A stretch of 64,000 bases of DNA from Candidatus Omnitrophota bacterium (GCA_043814605.1 JBDRJV010000035.1:10275-74274), one strand, 5' to 3'; counted from the stretch's first letter, positions 28,408 to 38,882 are shown. The notes: generated by a model from the sequence alone, not told the origin. Translations and numbers: made by a program.

Positions 28408-30099
28408 TTAATTTAATTTTTCATATAAATAATAATATTGCCCTGAGTCTAATAAAATTTTATCCATTAAAACTACATTATCTTTTGAGTACATTAAAAA
28501 TTCATATGGAAGATCTGCCTTTTTTAACATTTCCATGTTTAGCCCTTGCCGCAATTCATTTATCTCAACCCAATCTTGGCTGATATTTACAGGCGATATA
28601 TAATAAAATTGGCTGTGAACATATAAAGCAGATAACTCTCTATCGCTAAACTCCTGCATAAATGCTTCTGGTTTCTTTGATAGTAGATAGCCGATAAAAT
28701 TTTTTTCTAAAACAGATCCTCCTTGAATAAATGCCAGGTAATTATAATATTCTTTTATTTGTTTTGAATAATTCTCTTTTTTATAATTTCCCGTATATTG
28801 TTTTTCAAAAAAACTTAAATACTTTTTCCCTGCCGGATACGCCCATAACGAATACGGCCTCATTTTCCATTTCGCAAATAATAAGTTGTGCATACCTGCA
28901 ATCTTTGTGTCCCTGATCCTAAGATTAAAGGAAAGATAAAAAAATTGATAAAATAACAAAAATATCACTAAAGCAATACTGCATTTTTTAATCAGGCTAG
29001 GCTTAAGCTTTGCAATCGCAATCCCCCAGAGCATGGCTACAGGCGGCATTGCCGGGAGCAAATATCTCAATGCTTGATCGTTATAAAAAATGAGGAGAAA
29101 AAACGGCAAAAGCATCCAGAAAAATAAGAGTTTTTTATATTTTATTTTTATTGTGATTATGGTTGCTATTGACATGCCCGCAGCTGCAATCACCAATAAC
29201 CCATTATCTTTAAAAAAACCAGCAGTATAAAAAATAATGTTTTCTTTGATTTTACTTAATGAACTTAATTGATAGATTTTACCGCCTAATGCTTCTGACC
29301 TAATAGTCGTAATCATCCAACGCATATTTTCCGTTCCATGCCAGTATAAAAAAATTAAAAATGCCGGGATAAAAAATACAGTAAAATTTACAATCCCCTG
29401 CCAAATATTTTTTTTATTTTTATTTTGTTTAATCAACTCAAAAATATTATCTAATATTATAACGATCAAAAAAGAAAAAAAATAAATTATAAATGATGGT
29501 TTCCCTAGAATTCCCAGCCCGCAAATTATTCCCAGCATAAAAGAACTTTTCAGCGTTTTAAACCCCTGAGTTACAAGAAAATAAAAAGATAGTGTCAACA
29601 ATGCTATTAAGGGAATATCCTGGTTATATATGTGCGAATAATTAAATACCAGAGGAATTAACGATATGAATAACATTGCAAAAACACCCGCTTTTTCCCC
29701 TTCAATTATTTTCGTTGTTTTGTAAATAAAAATTAACAGGATCAGAAAGAAAAGAAAAAAAGTCATTTGAATTTTAAAAAAAGAAAAACCAATTGCAAAA
29801 CTACACAATGAACTAACCACATATAAAAGAGGAGTTCTGGGGTACGGCCAAAAAAATTTTTGATGCCGGATATTATTTAGCACGAGTAAAAAATCAGGTA
29901 ACGATTGACTCAGGTTTTTATATATACATAGTACCTTGGGAATATGTTCCATTTCTAGTTCGTGTATTGGAATATGATGATTCATTACCCAAAATAAATG
30001 ACAAAAGAGATGAAACAATATCACAAAAATTAGGATAAGTTTAAATTTTATTTTTTTTACCTTTTGAATCAAGTCGTTCTTTTTGTGTTGTTCATCCAT
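28408..30099 (-). CDS. ArnT/PMT-like (GT-C fold) membrane glycosyltransferase
   Basis: Multi-TM; PLLY, D.PL, GLGILGKP and RYLLP..P motifs. Confidence 0.7.
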   Translation of the reverse strand: MDEQHKKNDLIQKVKKIKFKLILIFVILFHLFCHLFWVMNHHIPIHELEMEHIPKVLCIYKNLSQSLPDFLLVLNNIRHQKFFWPYPRTPLLYVVSSLCSFAIGFSFFKIQMTFFLFFLILLIFIYKTTKIIEGEKAGVFAMLFISLIPLVFNYSHIYNQDIPLIALLTLSFYFLVTQGFKTLKSSFMLGIICGLGILGKPSFIIYFFSFLIVIILDNIFELIKQNKNKKNIWQGIVNFTVFFIPAFLIFLYWHGTENMRWMITTIRSEALGGKIYQLSSLSKIKENIIFYTAGFFKDNGLLVIAAAGMSIATIITIKIKYKKLLFFWMLLPFFLLIFYNDQALRYLLPAMPPVAMLWGIAIAKLKPSLIKKCSIALVIFLLFYQFFYLSFNLRIRDTKIAGMHNLLFAKWKMRPYSLWAYPAGKKYLSFFEKQYTGNYKKENYSKQIKEYYNYLAFIQGGSVLEKNFIGYLLSKKPEAFMQEFSDRELSALYVHSQFYYISPVNISQDWVEINELRQGLNMEMLKKADLPYEFLMYSKDNVVLMDKILLDSGQYYYLYEKLN

Positions 30100-30165
30100 A
30101 ATTTTTAATTGAATGTAAAAATCAGCTGCGGCTTGAGCCGAATTTTAACCCGGTAAGTAGATTAC

Positions 30166-30651
30166 CTATTCTTTTACCCAGATTTTTTTAAATTCTTCCG
30201 TGATTTCCTTTGCAATAATATTTTCCAGTTCAATTTTTTCTTCCGGCTGGGTATTATCTTGTTTATTTTTTAATTTTCTCGAAGCAGACAAAAACTCTTT
30301 AACTGATTTTACTTGTGCTCCGAGAGCGCGGCAGTAAAATTTGATTTGTTTATCATCGCTGATAATTACAATACATTTAGGGTTTCTCGCTTGTTCGACC
30401 ATGTGTTTTATTTTTTCATCGGCATTCTCGTTTTTACTAAATAAAACCCGCACATAAGTATCCATAGCAGGAGAACAAATCTCCGGCTGGCCGTCAAAAA
30501 CAATACTAACCTGATTGCGGCGGCTGCCTTGCGGCTGATACTGTTCAATAAAACGCACAAGCCCCTGCCGGCCGCCTCGAAGCTTTTGATCTGTAAGAAA
30601 CCCCACCTGCTTTATCACGTTGTAGCCGTCAATTATATAATGCAAGGACAT
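30166..30651 (-). CDS. YacP-like NYN-domain RNase
   Basis: IIDGYNV, VFDG, ADE.I, SDD. Confidence 0.85.
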   Translation of the reverse strand: MSLHYIIDGYNVIKQVGFLTDQKLRGGRQGLVRFIEQYQPQGSRRNQVSIVFDGQPEICSPAMDTYVRVLFSKNENADEKIKHMVEQARNPKCIVIISDDKQIKFYCRALGAQVKSVKEFLSASRKLKNKQDNTQPEEKIELENIIAKEITEEFKKIWVKE

Positions 30652-30677
30652 AATTGTCTCTCTTCCCTTTTAAATCC

Positions 30678-31712
30678 TTATTTTTGTTTAAGTCTTAACT
30701 GCCCGCAGGCACCCTGGATATCTTCCCCGCGTGAACGCCGCAAAGTAAAATTTATCCGGTTTCCCTCTAAAACCCGCTGAAATTCATTAAGCTCATCCGG
30801 ATTAATCCGGGTAAACTCCATGCCTTCAACAGGATTAAACTGAATTAAGTTAACTTTACATTGAAAATTCCGAAGTAATCTCGCTAACTGGTCTGCGTCA
30901 GATTTTTTTGAGTTTAAATTATCAATTAAAATATATTCAAAAGTAATAACCCGATTTGTCATTTGTGTATATTTTTTTGCTACAGCAATTAACTCTTTTA
31001 ATGGATGTTTTTTATTTATCGGCATGATTTTATTACGCAATTCATCGGTGGCAGCGTGTAATGATATGGATAGTTCTACCTGAATACCTTCTTTGGCTAA
31101 ACGGATTATTTCTTGGGGTAAGCCACAAGTAGAAATAGTAATTTTGCGTGCGCCGATTTCTAAACAATCTTTATGATTTAAAATCCTGATTGCCTTTAAA
31201 GTATTATTATAATTTGCTAAAGGCTCACCCATCCCCATAATCACAATATTCGTAATCGGTTTCATAGGATTGTCTTTTTTTATTAATAAAACTTGAGATA
31301 TGATTTCATCGGGAGTTAAATTTCGAATTAAACCGTCTTTACCGCTGGCGCAGAATGCGCAGCCAAAAGCACAGCCAGCTTGTGTGGAAAGGCAAATTGT
31401 CGCTCTTTTTTTAGTAGGGATAAAAACTGATTCTATAGTTTCGTTATCCCCGGTGCGAAAAAGATATTTTGTTGTTTTATCAAGTTTTGAAATAAACTTT
31501 ACTTCTTGATTTAAACTTATAATTGATAAAACTTCATTTAAATCTTGCCTTAAATTTTGGGGAAGATTATACATTTTATCAAAAGTGAGAGTATTTTTTT
31601 TAAATACCCAGTCGAGAATTTGCTTATTGCGAAAAGCCGGCAAATTATGCTCTGAAATTATTTGTTTTAATTCATTAGGGCTAAGCCCGGAAATTATTTG
31701 TTTTCTTTTCAT
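30678..31712 (-). CDS. rlmN: 23S rRNA/tRNA A2503 C2 methyltransferase
   Basis: CLSTQAGCAFGCAFC, MGMGEP, SLHA, GACGQL. Confidence 0.96.
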   Translation of the reverse strand: MKRKQIISGLSPNELKQIISEHNLPAFRNKQILDWVFKKNTLTFDKMYNLPQNLRQDLNEVLSIISLNQEVKFISKLDKTTKYLFRTGDNETIESVFIPTKKRATICLSTQAGCAFGCAFCASGKDGLIRNLTPDEIISQVLLIKKDNPMKPITNIVIMGMGEPLANYNNTLKAIRILNHKDCLEIGARKITISTCGLPQEIIRLAKEGIQVELSISLHAATDELRNKIMPINKKHPLKELIAVAKKYTQMTNRVITFEYILIDNLNSKKSDADQLARLLRNFQCKVNLIQFNPVEGMEFTRINPDELNEFQRVLEGNRINFTLRRSRGEDIQGACGQLRLKQK

Positions 31713-31714
31713 AA

Positions 31715-32104
31715 TTAATAAAAGTATCTCTTATCTAATTCAAATGCGTTTTTAATTAAATCAATTTTTTGAATATTTAAATCCTCATTTAATAACACAC
31801 CCACTACATCAAAACGCAAATCGTTATCGTGCCACGGGTGTTTTTGCAGATAACTTAAAGCAACTTGAGATATTTTACGTTGTTTTTTTGTATTTATTGA
31901 TTCCAGCGGCTCACCTGACTGATCATCAACACGTGTTTTTACTTCAATAAAACATAATATGTTGCGGTCCCAGGCAATAATATCGATTTCACCCATTAGC
32001 GTGCGGTAATTTTGTGTAACTATACTGTAACCTTCTTTTTTTAAGAAACTTACCGCAAATTTTTCTCCCAAACAACCTAAATCCTGATTTTGCCTCTTTT
32101 GCAT
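31715..32104 (-). CDS. yraN: YraN family endonuclease-like protein (likely start ATG 32104)
   Basis: GE..A..FL, GEIDII, FIEVKTR, RFDVV. Confidence 0.9.
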   Translation of the reverse strand: MQKRQNQDLGCLGEKFAVSFLKKEGYSIVTQNYRTLMGEIDIIAWDRNILCFIEVKTRVDDQSGEPLESINTKKQRKISQVALSYLQKHPWHDNDLRFDVVGVLLNEDLNIQKIDLIKNAFELDKRYFY

Positions 32105-32114
32105 GACAGATAGG

Positions 32115-32143
32115 ATTATCCCAGATAAATGCGTTAATGTCAA
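32115..32143 (-). promoter_or_regulatory. Putative sigma70 promoter for yraN-rlmN (near-leaderless mRNA)
   Basis: TTGACA-N17-GATAAT, 10 nt upstream of ATG 32104; the ORF track's TTG start coincides with the -35 box. Confidence 0.55.
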
Positions 32144-32234
32144 TTTTTTGAGATTAAGTCTGATAATTTTAATGATTTACTTGAATAACTTAAAACACCT
32201 TTGTTTTTAAATGGTTAGGTGAGATTAATTTTAT

Positions 32235-34187
32235 TTAAAATACTGCACTTACACCGAAAAATAGCCAGCGTCCAGGCATAGGGATATTTCCTTTTTCCGT
32301 AAAACCATGATTAAAAATATTATCAATATTAAAAAATAATGTATATTCATTAATAACCTTAGAAAATTTAATATTCATAATAAAATCGCCTCCGGAATCA
32401 ATTCTCTGCAGATAACTTAATTCTGCATCCAGGATAATACCGGCAATTAGTTTATGCTCTGTCCCTAGAGTAAACTTATGTTTAAGAAAATCAAAAGCAT
32501 ATTTTGAAATAAGATTATTGACTTGTTTATCCTTATCAATATAGGTATAACCAAATTTCAGCTTTTGCCAATTTTCTAAACTGGGATTAATTTTTTCCGG
32601 CTTTATCTTTAAATCAGCTTCCAGGCCTCTGGTTTCTACCTCAGCTACGTTTAAGACTTGATAAACCGTAGAATCCGGCGTTCTCGCCCAATCAATAAGA
32701 TTTTCTCCTTTTCTTTTAAAAGCAGTCAACGAAGAGGAAAAATACGTTTTGGTATAATCTAATCCTAACTCATAATTTTTCGATTTCTCCGGTGCCAGAT
32801 TAACATTACCCATATTAGCCGGGCTCTGATAATAGAGTTCTGTAAAAGTAGGCACGCGGACAGAACGGTTAAAAGAACTGCGAATTTTTAATGCCTCCTG
32901 CAACCTATACCCTAAACTTACATCCGGCAGTATTTGATCTTTAAAATCATCATAAACACATCCGGTTAGGCCAATCGCCAATAAAATTTTATCCAGGCTG
33001 GCTCGGTACTCTGAGTAAACAGTATGGATTATCCGCTGGTGGTATCCTAAACTTGCACTGGCTATTTTTTCTTGAGTTAAATCAACACCGGTAAATAATT
33101 TTCCCTCTTGAATATCGATAATACAATCAACTTTTCCTCCCTGCACATAATTAGTGTGCAGATTTTCATACCATCCCGGCCTTGTCCCGTCTAACCAAAA
33201 ACGATCTTTATGTTCCCGGTAGTAAACTTTAGGGCTAAAATTAATACTGTACTCATTTATTTTAGATTCAAAACCTAAAGTTGTAAAAATTGTTTTAGTG
33301 TGTTCTCTTTGCTCCGGATAGAATTCCGAATAAAACCCGTTTGCGCCAAATTCTTTATCTAAAAAATTAAAAGTAAAATTCAAATCCCCAAAATCATGTC
33401 CGAGCGTAGATATATGCGAAACACCCGTTGTCTGGAAATCAGTATTGTATCGGTATCCGTCACTAGTTGACTTTCCTAAACTTGTCCGGGAATTTAACCG
33501 CACAATTTTATAAGAATAAGAAATGTCTTGATACAAATAACTATTTTCACCCACAATTACCTTGGCTTTTAATTGTTCTTTTCGGGGTTTTTTGGTGATG
33601 ATATGAATAGATCCTCCCTGCCGTGCTGATCCATAAATACTTGCCGCCGGACCGGGTATCATAATAATATTATCGATGTCTTCACTGAATAAGGGAATAT
33701 CTGTATTAAAATGCCCGGTTTGCGGGTCATTAATTTTAACTCCATCAATTAAAACATCGGTTTGTTCAAAACTTGCCCCTCTTATTTGTATATCTGCTTG
33801 AGTCCCGAAAATTCCCCGCCGTTGCACATCGACTGAATTATTTGTGCTCAATACTTCAGAGGAAAATTGCTGTGTATTCATACTGCCTAAATCAATATTT
33901 TCAATATTTCTTAAAGAATCATGATAGCATTCATCTGCTAATTCCGGATGTACCACCACTGGGTCCAGATAGTAAGTCTGCGACATTCCCTTTGTATTTT
34001 CTTGAGCATACACAGTATTCATTAGAACATATGCATTCAGAGCTACTAATAAAATAAAAATTAAGCTCCCTCGAGCTAAAAACCGGGGTTTCTGAGCGGA
34101 ATATCGCAGTGTTATTTTCATCTCCGGCTGGGAAACCAGAGTTTCTAATGCGGGCAGGATAAATCCCTTTAAGTAATTTTGAGCCAT
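32235..34187 (-). CDS. TonB-dependent receptor (plug + barrel), substrate unknown
   Basis: IQIRG..FEQT.VLIDG..INDPQTGH plug, P.F.ELY, NL.PE, NIFN...PGR, C-terminal F. Confidence 0.9.
   Translation of the reverse strand: MAQNYLKGFILPALETLVSQPEMKITLRYSAQKPRFLARGSLIFILLVALNAYVLMNTVYAQENTKGMSQTYYLDPVVVHPELADECYHDSLRNIENIDLGSMNTQQFSSEVLSTNNSVDVQRRGIFGTQADIQIRGASFEQTDVLIDGVKINDPQTGHFNTDIPLFSEDIDNIIMIPGPAASIYGSARQGGSIHIITKKPRKEQLKAKVIVGENSYLYQDISYSYKIVRLNSRTSLGKSTSDGYRYNTDFQTTGVSHISTLGHDFGDLNFTFNFLDKEFGANGFYSEFYPEQREHTKTIFTTLGFESKINEYSINFSPKVYYREHKDRFWLDGTRPGWYENLHTNYVQGGKVDCIIDIQEGKLFTGVDLTQEKIASASLGYHQRIIHTVYSEYRASLDKILLAIGLTGCVYDDFKDQILPDVSLGYRLQEALKIRSSFNRSVRVPTFTELYYQSPANMGNVNLAPEKSKNYELGLDYTKTYFSSSLTAFKRKGENLIDWARTPDSTVYQVLNVAEVETRGLEADLKIKPEKINPSLENWQKLKFGYTYIDKDKQVNNLISKYAFDFLKHKFTLGTEHKLIAGIILDAELSYLQRIDSGGDFIMNIKFSKVINEYTLFFNIDNIFNHGFTEKGNIPMPGRWLFFGVSAVF
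34061..34165. mobile_element. Degenerate IS200/IS605-type palindromic miniature element inside the 5' end of the TonB receptor ORF
   Basis: ccctcgagctaaaaaccgggg hairpin, ggaata, second hairpin ctccgg...ccagag, gcgggcaggataaa; colinear with 2879-2985. Confidence 0.55.
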
Positions 34188-34267
34188 AATCAATCACTCT
34201 TCTGTATATTGTTAACCATTACTTAATATTTGGTTGACATTATTTTAAAAAATTTTTTATTTGCCGC

Positions 34268-35542
34268 TTATTTTAAAATTTTATGTATTTTTAATAAATC
34301 AATTGCTTTTTGCGCTGCTCCCTGATTCTTCTTAATTAAAGCTTCGGCATTTCTTGATAATATTTTAATTTTATCCGGGTGGTTTAAAAGTTCCATTAAA
34401 ATTTCGTATAAGCCTCCTTCATCTTCTACACAAACCGCAGCTTGATTACTTAAAAACATCTCTGTAATTTTTGAAAAATTAAACATATGCTTGCCAAAAA
34501 TAATGGGTTTGCCAAACATTGCCGGCTCTATCGGATTTTGGCCGCCGTGTTTGGCTAAACTGCCTCCCACAAAAACAATATCCGCTAACTTATATATTTG
34601 GTCTAATCCTCCCATGACATCCAGCACAAAAATAGCATCACTGCCCGGGGGATTATTTAATTGGCTGATTAATTGGCATTTTATTTTTTCTTGCTTGAGC
34701 ATATTTTGGATATTACCCGTCCGGTGCACATGACGCGGGGCGATCAGCAAGCGGATATTAGAATAATGTTTTTTTAATTTCAAAAACACCCGAAGAAGTA
34801 TTTCTTCTTCCGGATAATGTGTACTGCCGGCGACAATTAAACGTTCGTTTAAGTTTAGCCCTAATTTTGGAGGATTACTATTTTGTGATGGTCTTATTTG
34901 ATCAAATTTCAAATTGCCAATAACATTTACTTTTTCTGCCCTGGCGCCTAAATTAATAATCCTCTGCTTATCAATTTCTGTTTGCATACAAAAAAGATTT
35001 ATTTTATTTAAAACTGGCCTAAATAAAAATTTTGCTCTTTTGTAATCAGGATACGCTTTATCCGATATCCTCCCATTAATTATAATTACAGGTGTTTTTC
35101 TTTTTGCTGCAGCCGGGATTATATTTGGCCAAAGTTCAGTTTCCATGACTAATAATGCCTGCGGGTTGATTAACGCTAAGACTTTTTCTACAATAAAACT
35201 TAAATCAAAGGGAAAATAAATTATAATATCTTCTTTTTCTGCTATTTGCCGGCTGACCTGATTCCCGGTAGGAGTAATCGTAGAAATCAGCAATGTATAA
35301 TTTTTAAATTCATTGCGTAATTTGTCAATTAATACCGCAGCGGCTTTAATTTCTCCCACACTAACAGCATGCACCCAAATAATCGGCTTATGTTTGTTAG
35401 CATTTTTTATGGCCTGAATAGTGCCTGGTTTAAAAATTCCCAGGCGTTCTTTAAACCCAACCCGATGCTTGCCCTTTAATATAAAGGAAGGTAAATAAAT
35501 AATAGCCGCCAAAAGATATAGAATATCGAAAAAAATATGCAT
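34268..35542 (-). CDS. waaA: Kdo transferase
   Basis: WVHAVSVGE, ETELWPN, NGRIS, GNLKFD, GSTH, APRH, GGQNPIEPA. Confidence 0.95.
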   Translation of the reverse strand: MHIFFDILYLLAAIIYLPSFILKGKHRVGFKERLGIFKPGTIQAIKNANKHKPIIWVHAVSVGEIKAAAVLIDKLRNEFKNYTLLISTITPTGNQVSRQIAEKEDIIIYFPFDLSFIVEKVLALINPQALLVMETELWPNIIPAAAKRKTPVIIINGRISDKAYPDYKRAKFLFRPVLNKINLFCMQTEIDKQRIINLGARAEKVNVIGNLKFDQIRPSQNSNPPKLGLNLNERLIVAGSTHYPEEEILLRVFLKLKKHYSNIRLLIAPRHVHRTGNIQNMLKQEKIKCQLISQLNNPPGSDAIFVLDVMGGLDQIYKLADIVFVGGSLAKHGGQNPIEPAMFGKPIIFGKHMFNFSKITEMFLSNQAAVCVEDEGGLYEILMELLNHPDKIKILSRNAEALIKKNQGAAQKAIDLLKIHKILK

Positions 35543-35546
35543 GCTC

Positions 35547-35609
35547 TAAGTCTCAGGTTACAGGTAACAGGCTACAGGCTGCAAGTTGCAAGCTACAAGC
35601 TAAAAACTG
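35547..35609. repeat. Period-7 array (~8-9 units, caRgYtN)
   Basis: taagtct caggtta caggtaa caggcta caggctg caagttg caagcta caagcta. Confidence 0.85.
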
Positions 35610-35645
35610 CATATTACATGATCCCTATGCCACCTGCCACATTTT

Positions 35646-36518
35646 TTATGCTCTGGGATGCGTCTGGTCATAAACATTCTTTAATTTTTCCGTAGATAAA
35701 TGTGTATAAATTGTTGTTGTCGATAAATTTGCATGGCCTAATAATTCTTGAACCGCTCTTAAATCAGCTCCGCGGTTTAATAAATGTGTAGCAAATGAAT
35801 GCCGTAAACTGTGCGGAGAGATATCACTGCGGATGCTCGCAACTTTTATATATTTTTCAATTATGTTACGAATGCTCCGGTCTGTTAATCTATGCTTATC
35901 TTTATTTAAAAATAACGCTTTCACTGTTTGAGGTGTTGCTAAATTCCTTTTTTGTAAATAATTTTTTATTACCCTTAATGCCCGGTCGCCAATTGGCGCT
36001 AAGCGTTCTTTTTTCCCTTTTCCCAGAACTCTCACTACTCCGCCAATAAAATCAACATCCGTAATATTTAATCCCACTAATTCACTCACCCGGATACCCG
36101 TGCTGTATAAAGTTTCTAAAATTGCCTTATCGCGTAACCCCATCAGGTCATTTTCCTGCGGAGAATCCAGTAATTTAGAAACATCATCTTCTCCTAAAAA
36201 TATCGGTAACTTTTTTTCCAGTTTTGGCCCGACCAATCCCACCATGGGATTAAGTTTAATATGCCCTTCCCGGCATAAAAATTTAAAAAATGACCTTAAA
36301 CAGGCCATTTTACGGGCGATAGTTACCTTTTTAAATCCTTTTTTCCTTAACTCAACTAAAAATTTCCGTACCTCCAGGACATCAATATTAGCAATATCTT
36401 TACTTTGCGCAAAACTAGAAAACCCCTTAAGATCTACACTGTAATTTATTAAAGTATGTATAGATGCATCTTTTTCTACTTTTAAATAATTTAAGAACTT
36501 ATCTATATAGCGTTCCAT
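35646..36518 (-). CDS. xerC: Tyrosine recombinase XerC
   Basis: LYSTGIRVSEL, GKGKKER, HSLRHSFATHLL, LLGH..LSTT.IY; follows topA. Confidence 0.88.
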   Translation of the reverse strand: MERYIDKFLNYLKVEKDASIHTLINYSVDLKGFSSFAQSKDIANIDVLEVRKFLVELRKKGFKKVTIARKMACLRSFFKFLCREGHIKLNPMVGLVGPKLEKKLPIFLGEDDVSKLLDSPQENDLMGLRDKAILETLYSTGIRVSELVGLNITDVDFIGGVVRVLGKGKKERLAPIGDRALRVIKNYLQKRNLATPQTVKALFLNKDKHRLTDRSIRNIIEKYIKVASIRSDISPHSLRHSFATHLLNRGADLRAVQELLGHANLSTTTIYTHLSTEKLKNVYDQTHPRA

Positions 36519-36532
36519 ATTTAAATTTTTTT

Positions 36533-36582
36533 AGTAACGGGTAGTACCCTTAAGGGCACAAGCGAGTAGTAAGTAGTAAGTA
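36533..36582. repeat. Period-7 array with gtaccc-ttaa-gggcac hairpin (copy of the 9954-10001 element)
   Basis: gtagtacccttaagggcacaagcgagtagtaagtag. Confidence 0.8.
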
Positions 36583-36622
36583 AAAACCTTCTGCTTCGCA
36601 TTTAATTTATCCAGTATCAGCA

Positions 36623-38638
36623 TCAAGAATCAGTCTCTTCATCCTGATCTTGGGCTTGTCCTTCCTTATTACTGCCTTCTTCTTTGGGTAAGGTTTTTGA
36701 TACATAGGTACATTTCGGATATTTAGTACAGCCATAAAAACGCATGCCTCTTTTTGAGCAGCGGGCAACTATCTCTCCGTCACATCCAACATTGGGACAT
36801 TTAATCCCTAAAGATATTGACTTTGCAAACCGGCACTGCGGAAAACCCGAACAGCTTAAAAATTTACCCGCACGAGACCATTTAATTACCATGGGCCTGC
36901 CGCATTTCTGGCAAACTTCATCAGTTTCAATTACCTCTTTTTTTAGATTTTCCTGGGCAAATCCTATTTTTTTCTTAAAAGGGGTATAAAAATCTTTCAG
37001 CACAGAAACCCAATTAAGACTGCCTTCTTCAACTTTATCTAATTCTTCTTCCATCGCCGCGGTAAAGGCAATATTAATAATATTCGGGAAATATTCAACC
37101 AAAATATCACAGACTTTCATGCCTAATTCACTGCAAACTAAGTATCCCCTTTCGCGCCGAATATAATTACGGATGATTAAAGTATGAACAATCGGAGCAT
37201 ATGTACTGGGGCGGCCAATGCCTTTTTCTTCTAAAGCTTTAACCAAAGACGATTCTGAATAGCGCGCCGGAGGACGGGTAAAATGCTGGGTGGGAAGCAA
37301 TTTTATTAAATCAAGTTTTTCCCCTTCCTGTAATTGAGGCATTATTTTTTCTTTTTCATCTGTCTGCTCTTCATATACTTTCATAAATCCGTCAAAGACA
37401 AGGATTGATCCGCTGGCGGTAAATAAAAACCTTCCCGCAGTAATTTCAACACTGTTAGTACGATATAATGCCTGAGACATTTGACTCGCTAATGTCCTTT
37501 TCCAGATTAACTCGTATAATTTATACTGATCCTGAGTTAAATATTGTTGTATTCGTTCCGGAGTATGCAGAATAGATGTCGGCCTGATTGCTTCATGCGC
37601 TTCCTGTGCTGATTTTTTTGACTTATAAATATTCGGTTTAGCCGGCAGATAATCCGACCCAAAATTATTAACAATATATTTTCTTATTTGATCGAGTGCG
37701 GAATTAGCAATTTTTACTGAATCTGTACGCATATAGGTAATCAATCCAATCGGACCTTCTTCTCCTAATTCCAGCCCTTCGTATAACTGCTGGGCAATCA
37801 ACATTGTCTTACGCGTAGTAAATTTTAATTTATTAAAAGCATCTTGCTGCAATGTACTGGTAATAAAAGGAGCATAAGGACTGCGCTTTTTCTCTCTTTT
37901 CTTTAAAGCTGAAACAATATATTCTTGTTTCTTTAACTCTTTTATAATATTTTGCGATGATTCTTGATTTGCTAAATTTATTTTTTTTCCTTCAATTTTA
38001 ACAAGTTCCGCTTGAATAATTTCGGCACTTTCAATTTTTCTTTTAAGCTTTGCTTCAATTTTCCAATACTCTTCTGGTTTAAAATCCTGTATTTGCCTTT
38101 CTCTTTGGACAATAAGTTTTAAAGCTACAGACTGGACTCGCCCGGCACTTAATCCTTTGGCGACTTTTTTCCAAAGCAAAGGGCTTAAAAAATACCCCAC
38201 AATCCTATCTAACACTCTTCTTGCCTGCTGTGCATTTACTTTATTTACATCTACTTCTGCAGTATGTTCAAACGCTTCTTTTATTGCTTGCGGCGTAATT
38301 TCATGAAAAACAACACGTAAAAATTCCTTATTTTTCGTCTTATCCTGCAATTGTTCCCTCAAATGCCAGCTAATTGCTTCTCCTTCACGATCGTGGTCAG
38401 TTGCTAAATAAACAATTTCTGAATTCTTCACTTCTTTTTTTAACTGATTTAGAGTTTTTTTCTTACCGGGTATAACAACATAGGTAGGGGTAAAATCCTG
38501 GTCAACATCCACCCCGATTTTTCGGCGCGGCAAATCAATAATATGCCCCATAGAAGAATAAACAACAAAATCATTACCTAATATTCTGCCGATTGTTCTG
38601 GCTTTTGTCGGGGACTCAACAATAACAAGCTTTTTCAT
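36623..38638 (-). CDS. topA: DNA topoisomerase I
   Basis: VIVESP.K, ATD.DREGE, SAGRVQS, ITYMRTDS, AHEAIRPT, two Zn ribbons. Confidence 0.97.
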   Translation of the reverse strand: MKKLVIVESPTKARTIGRILGNDFVVYSSMGHIIDLPRRKIGVDVDQDFTPTYVVIPGKKKTLNQLKKEVKNSEIVYLATDHDREGEAISWHLREQLQDKTKNKEFLRVVFHEITPQAIKEAFEHTAEVDVNKVNAQQARRVLDRIVGYFLSPLLWKKVAKGLSAGRVQSVALKLIVQRERQIQDFKPEEYWKIEAKLKRKIESAEIIQAELVKIEGKKINLANQESSQNIIKELKKQEYIVSALKKREKKRSPYAPFITSTLQQDAFNKLKFTTRKTMLIAQQLYEGLELGEEGPIGLITYMRTDSVKIANSALDQIRKYIVNNFGSDYLPAKPNIYKSKKSAQEAHEAIRPTSILHTPERIQQYLTQDQYKLYELIWKRTLASQMSQALYRTNSVEITAGRFLFTASGSILVFDGFMKVYEEQTDEKEKIMPQLQEGEKLDLIKLLPTQHFTRPPARYSESSLVKALEEKGIGRPSTYAPIVHTLIIRNYIRRERGYLVCSELGMKVCDILVEYFPNIINIAFTAAMEEELDKVEEGSLNWVSVLKDFYTPFKKKIGFAQENLKKEVIETDEVCQKCGRPMVIKWSRAGKFLSCSGFPQCRFAKSISLGIKCPNVGCDGEIVARCSKRGMRFYGCTKYPKCTYVSKTLPKEEGSNKEGQAQDQDEETDS

Positions 38639-38780
38639 TAAATTCTATCCTCTTCTGTCTGCAATATTTTTAGTTATTTCTTAATTAAGGGGCATCCTCG
38701 AGCTTAATCTATCTTATTACTTTTTAATTAGTTATAAAATATTTAACAATCCAAATATGAATGCTCTATATTTTTCAGAT

Positions 38781-38809
38781 ATAATAACTTATTTAGTAGT
38801 TATAGTCAA
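38781..38809 (-). promoter_or_regulatory. Putative sigma70 promoter for topA-xerC
   Basis: TTGACT-N17-TATTAT. Confidence 0.55.
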
Positions 38810-38882
38810 TAGATTAAAGGACTTTTAAGATTTATAATATTTTGATTATTTTCGTTAATAAGGAGTGTAAAAATCAAAAAAA

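Noticed and set aside
28339-30146. Short inverted similarity flanking the ArnT-like gene (tcaagccgc..gctgaattt vs aaaatcagctgcggcttga)
   Set aside because: Too short and gapped to call transposon ends without more copies.
34188-34267. Cobalamin riboswitch upstream of the TonB receptor
   Set aside because: The gap is short and AT-rich with no B12 box; the nearby structure is better explained by the palindromic mini-element.
35646-36518. Prophage or integron integrase
   Set aside because: 290-aa XerC-like protein in the canonical topA-xerC context, without the IntI-specific insertion or any phage genes; no convincing dif site seen.
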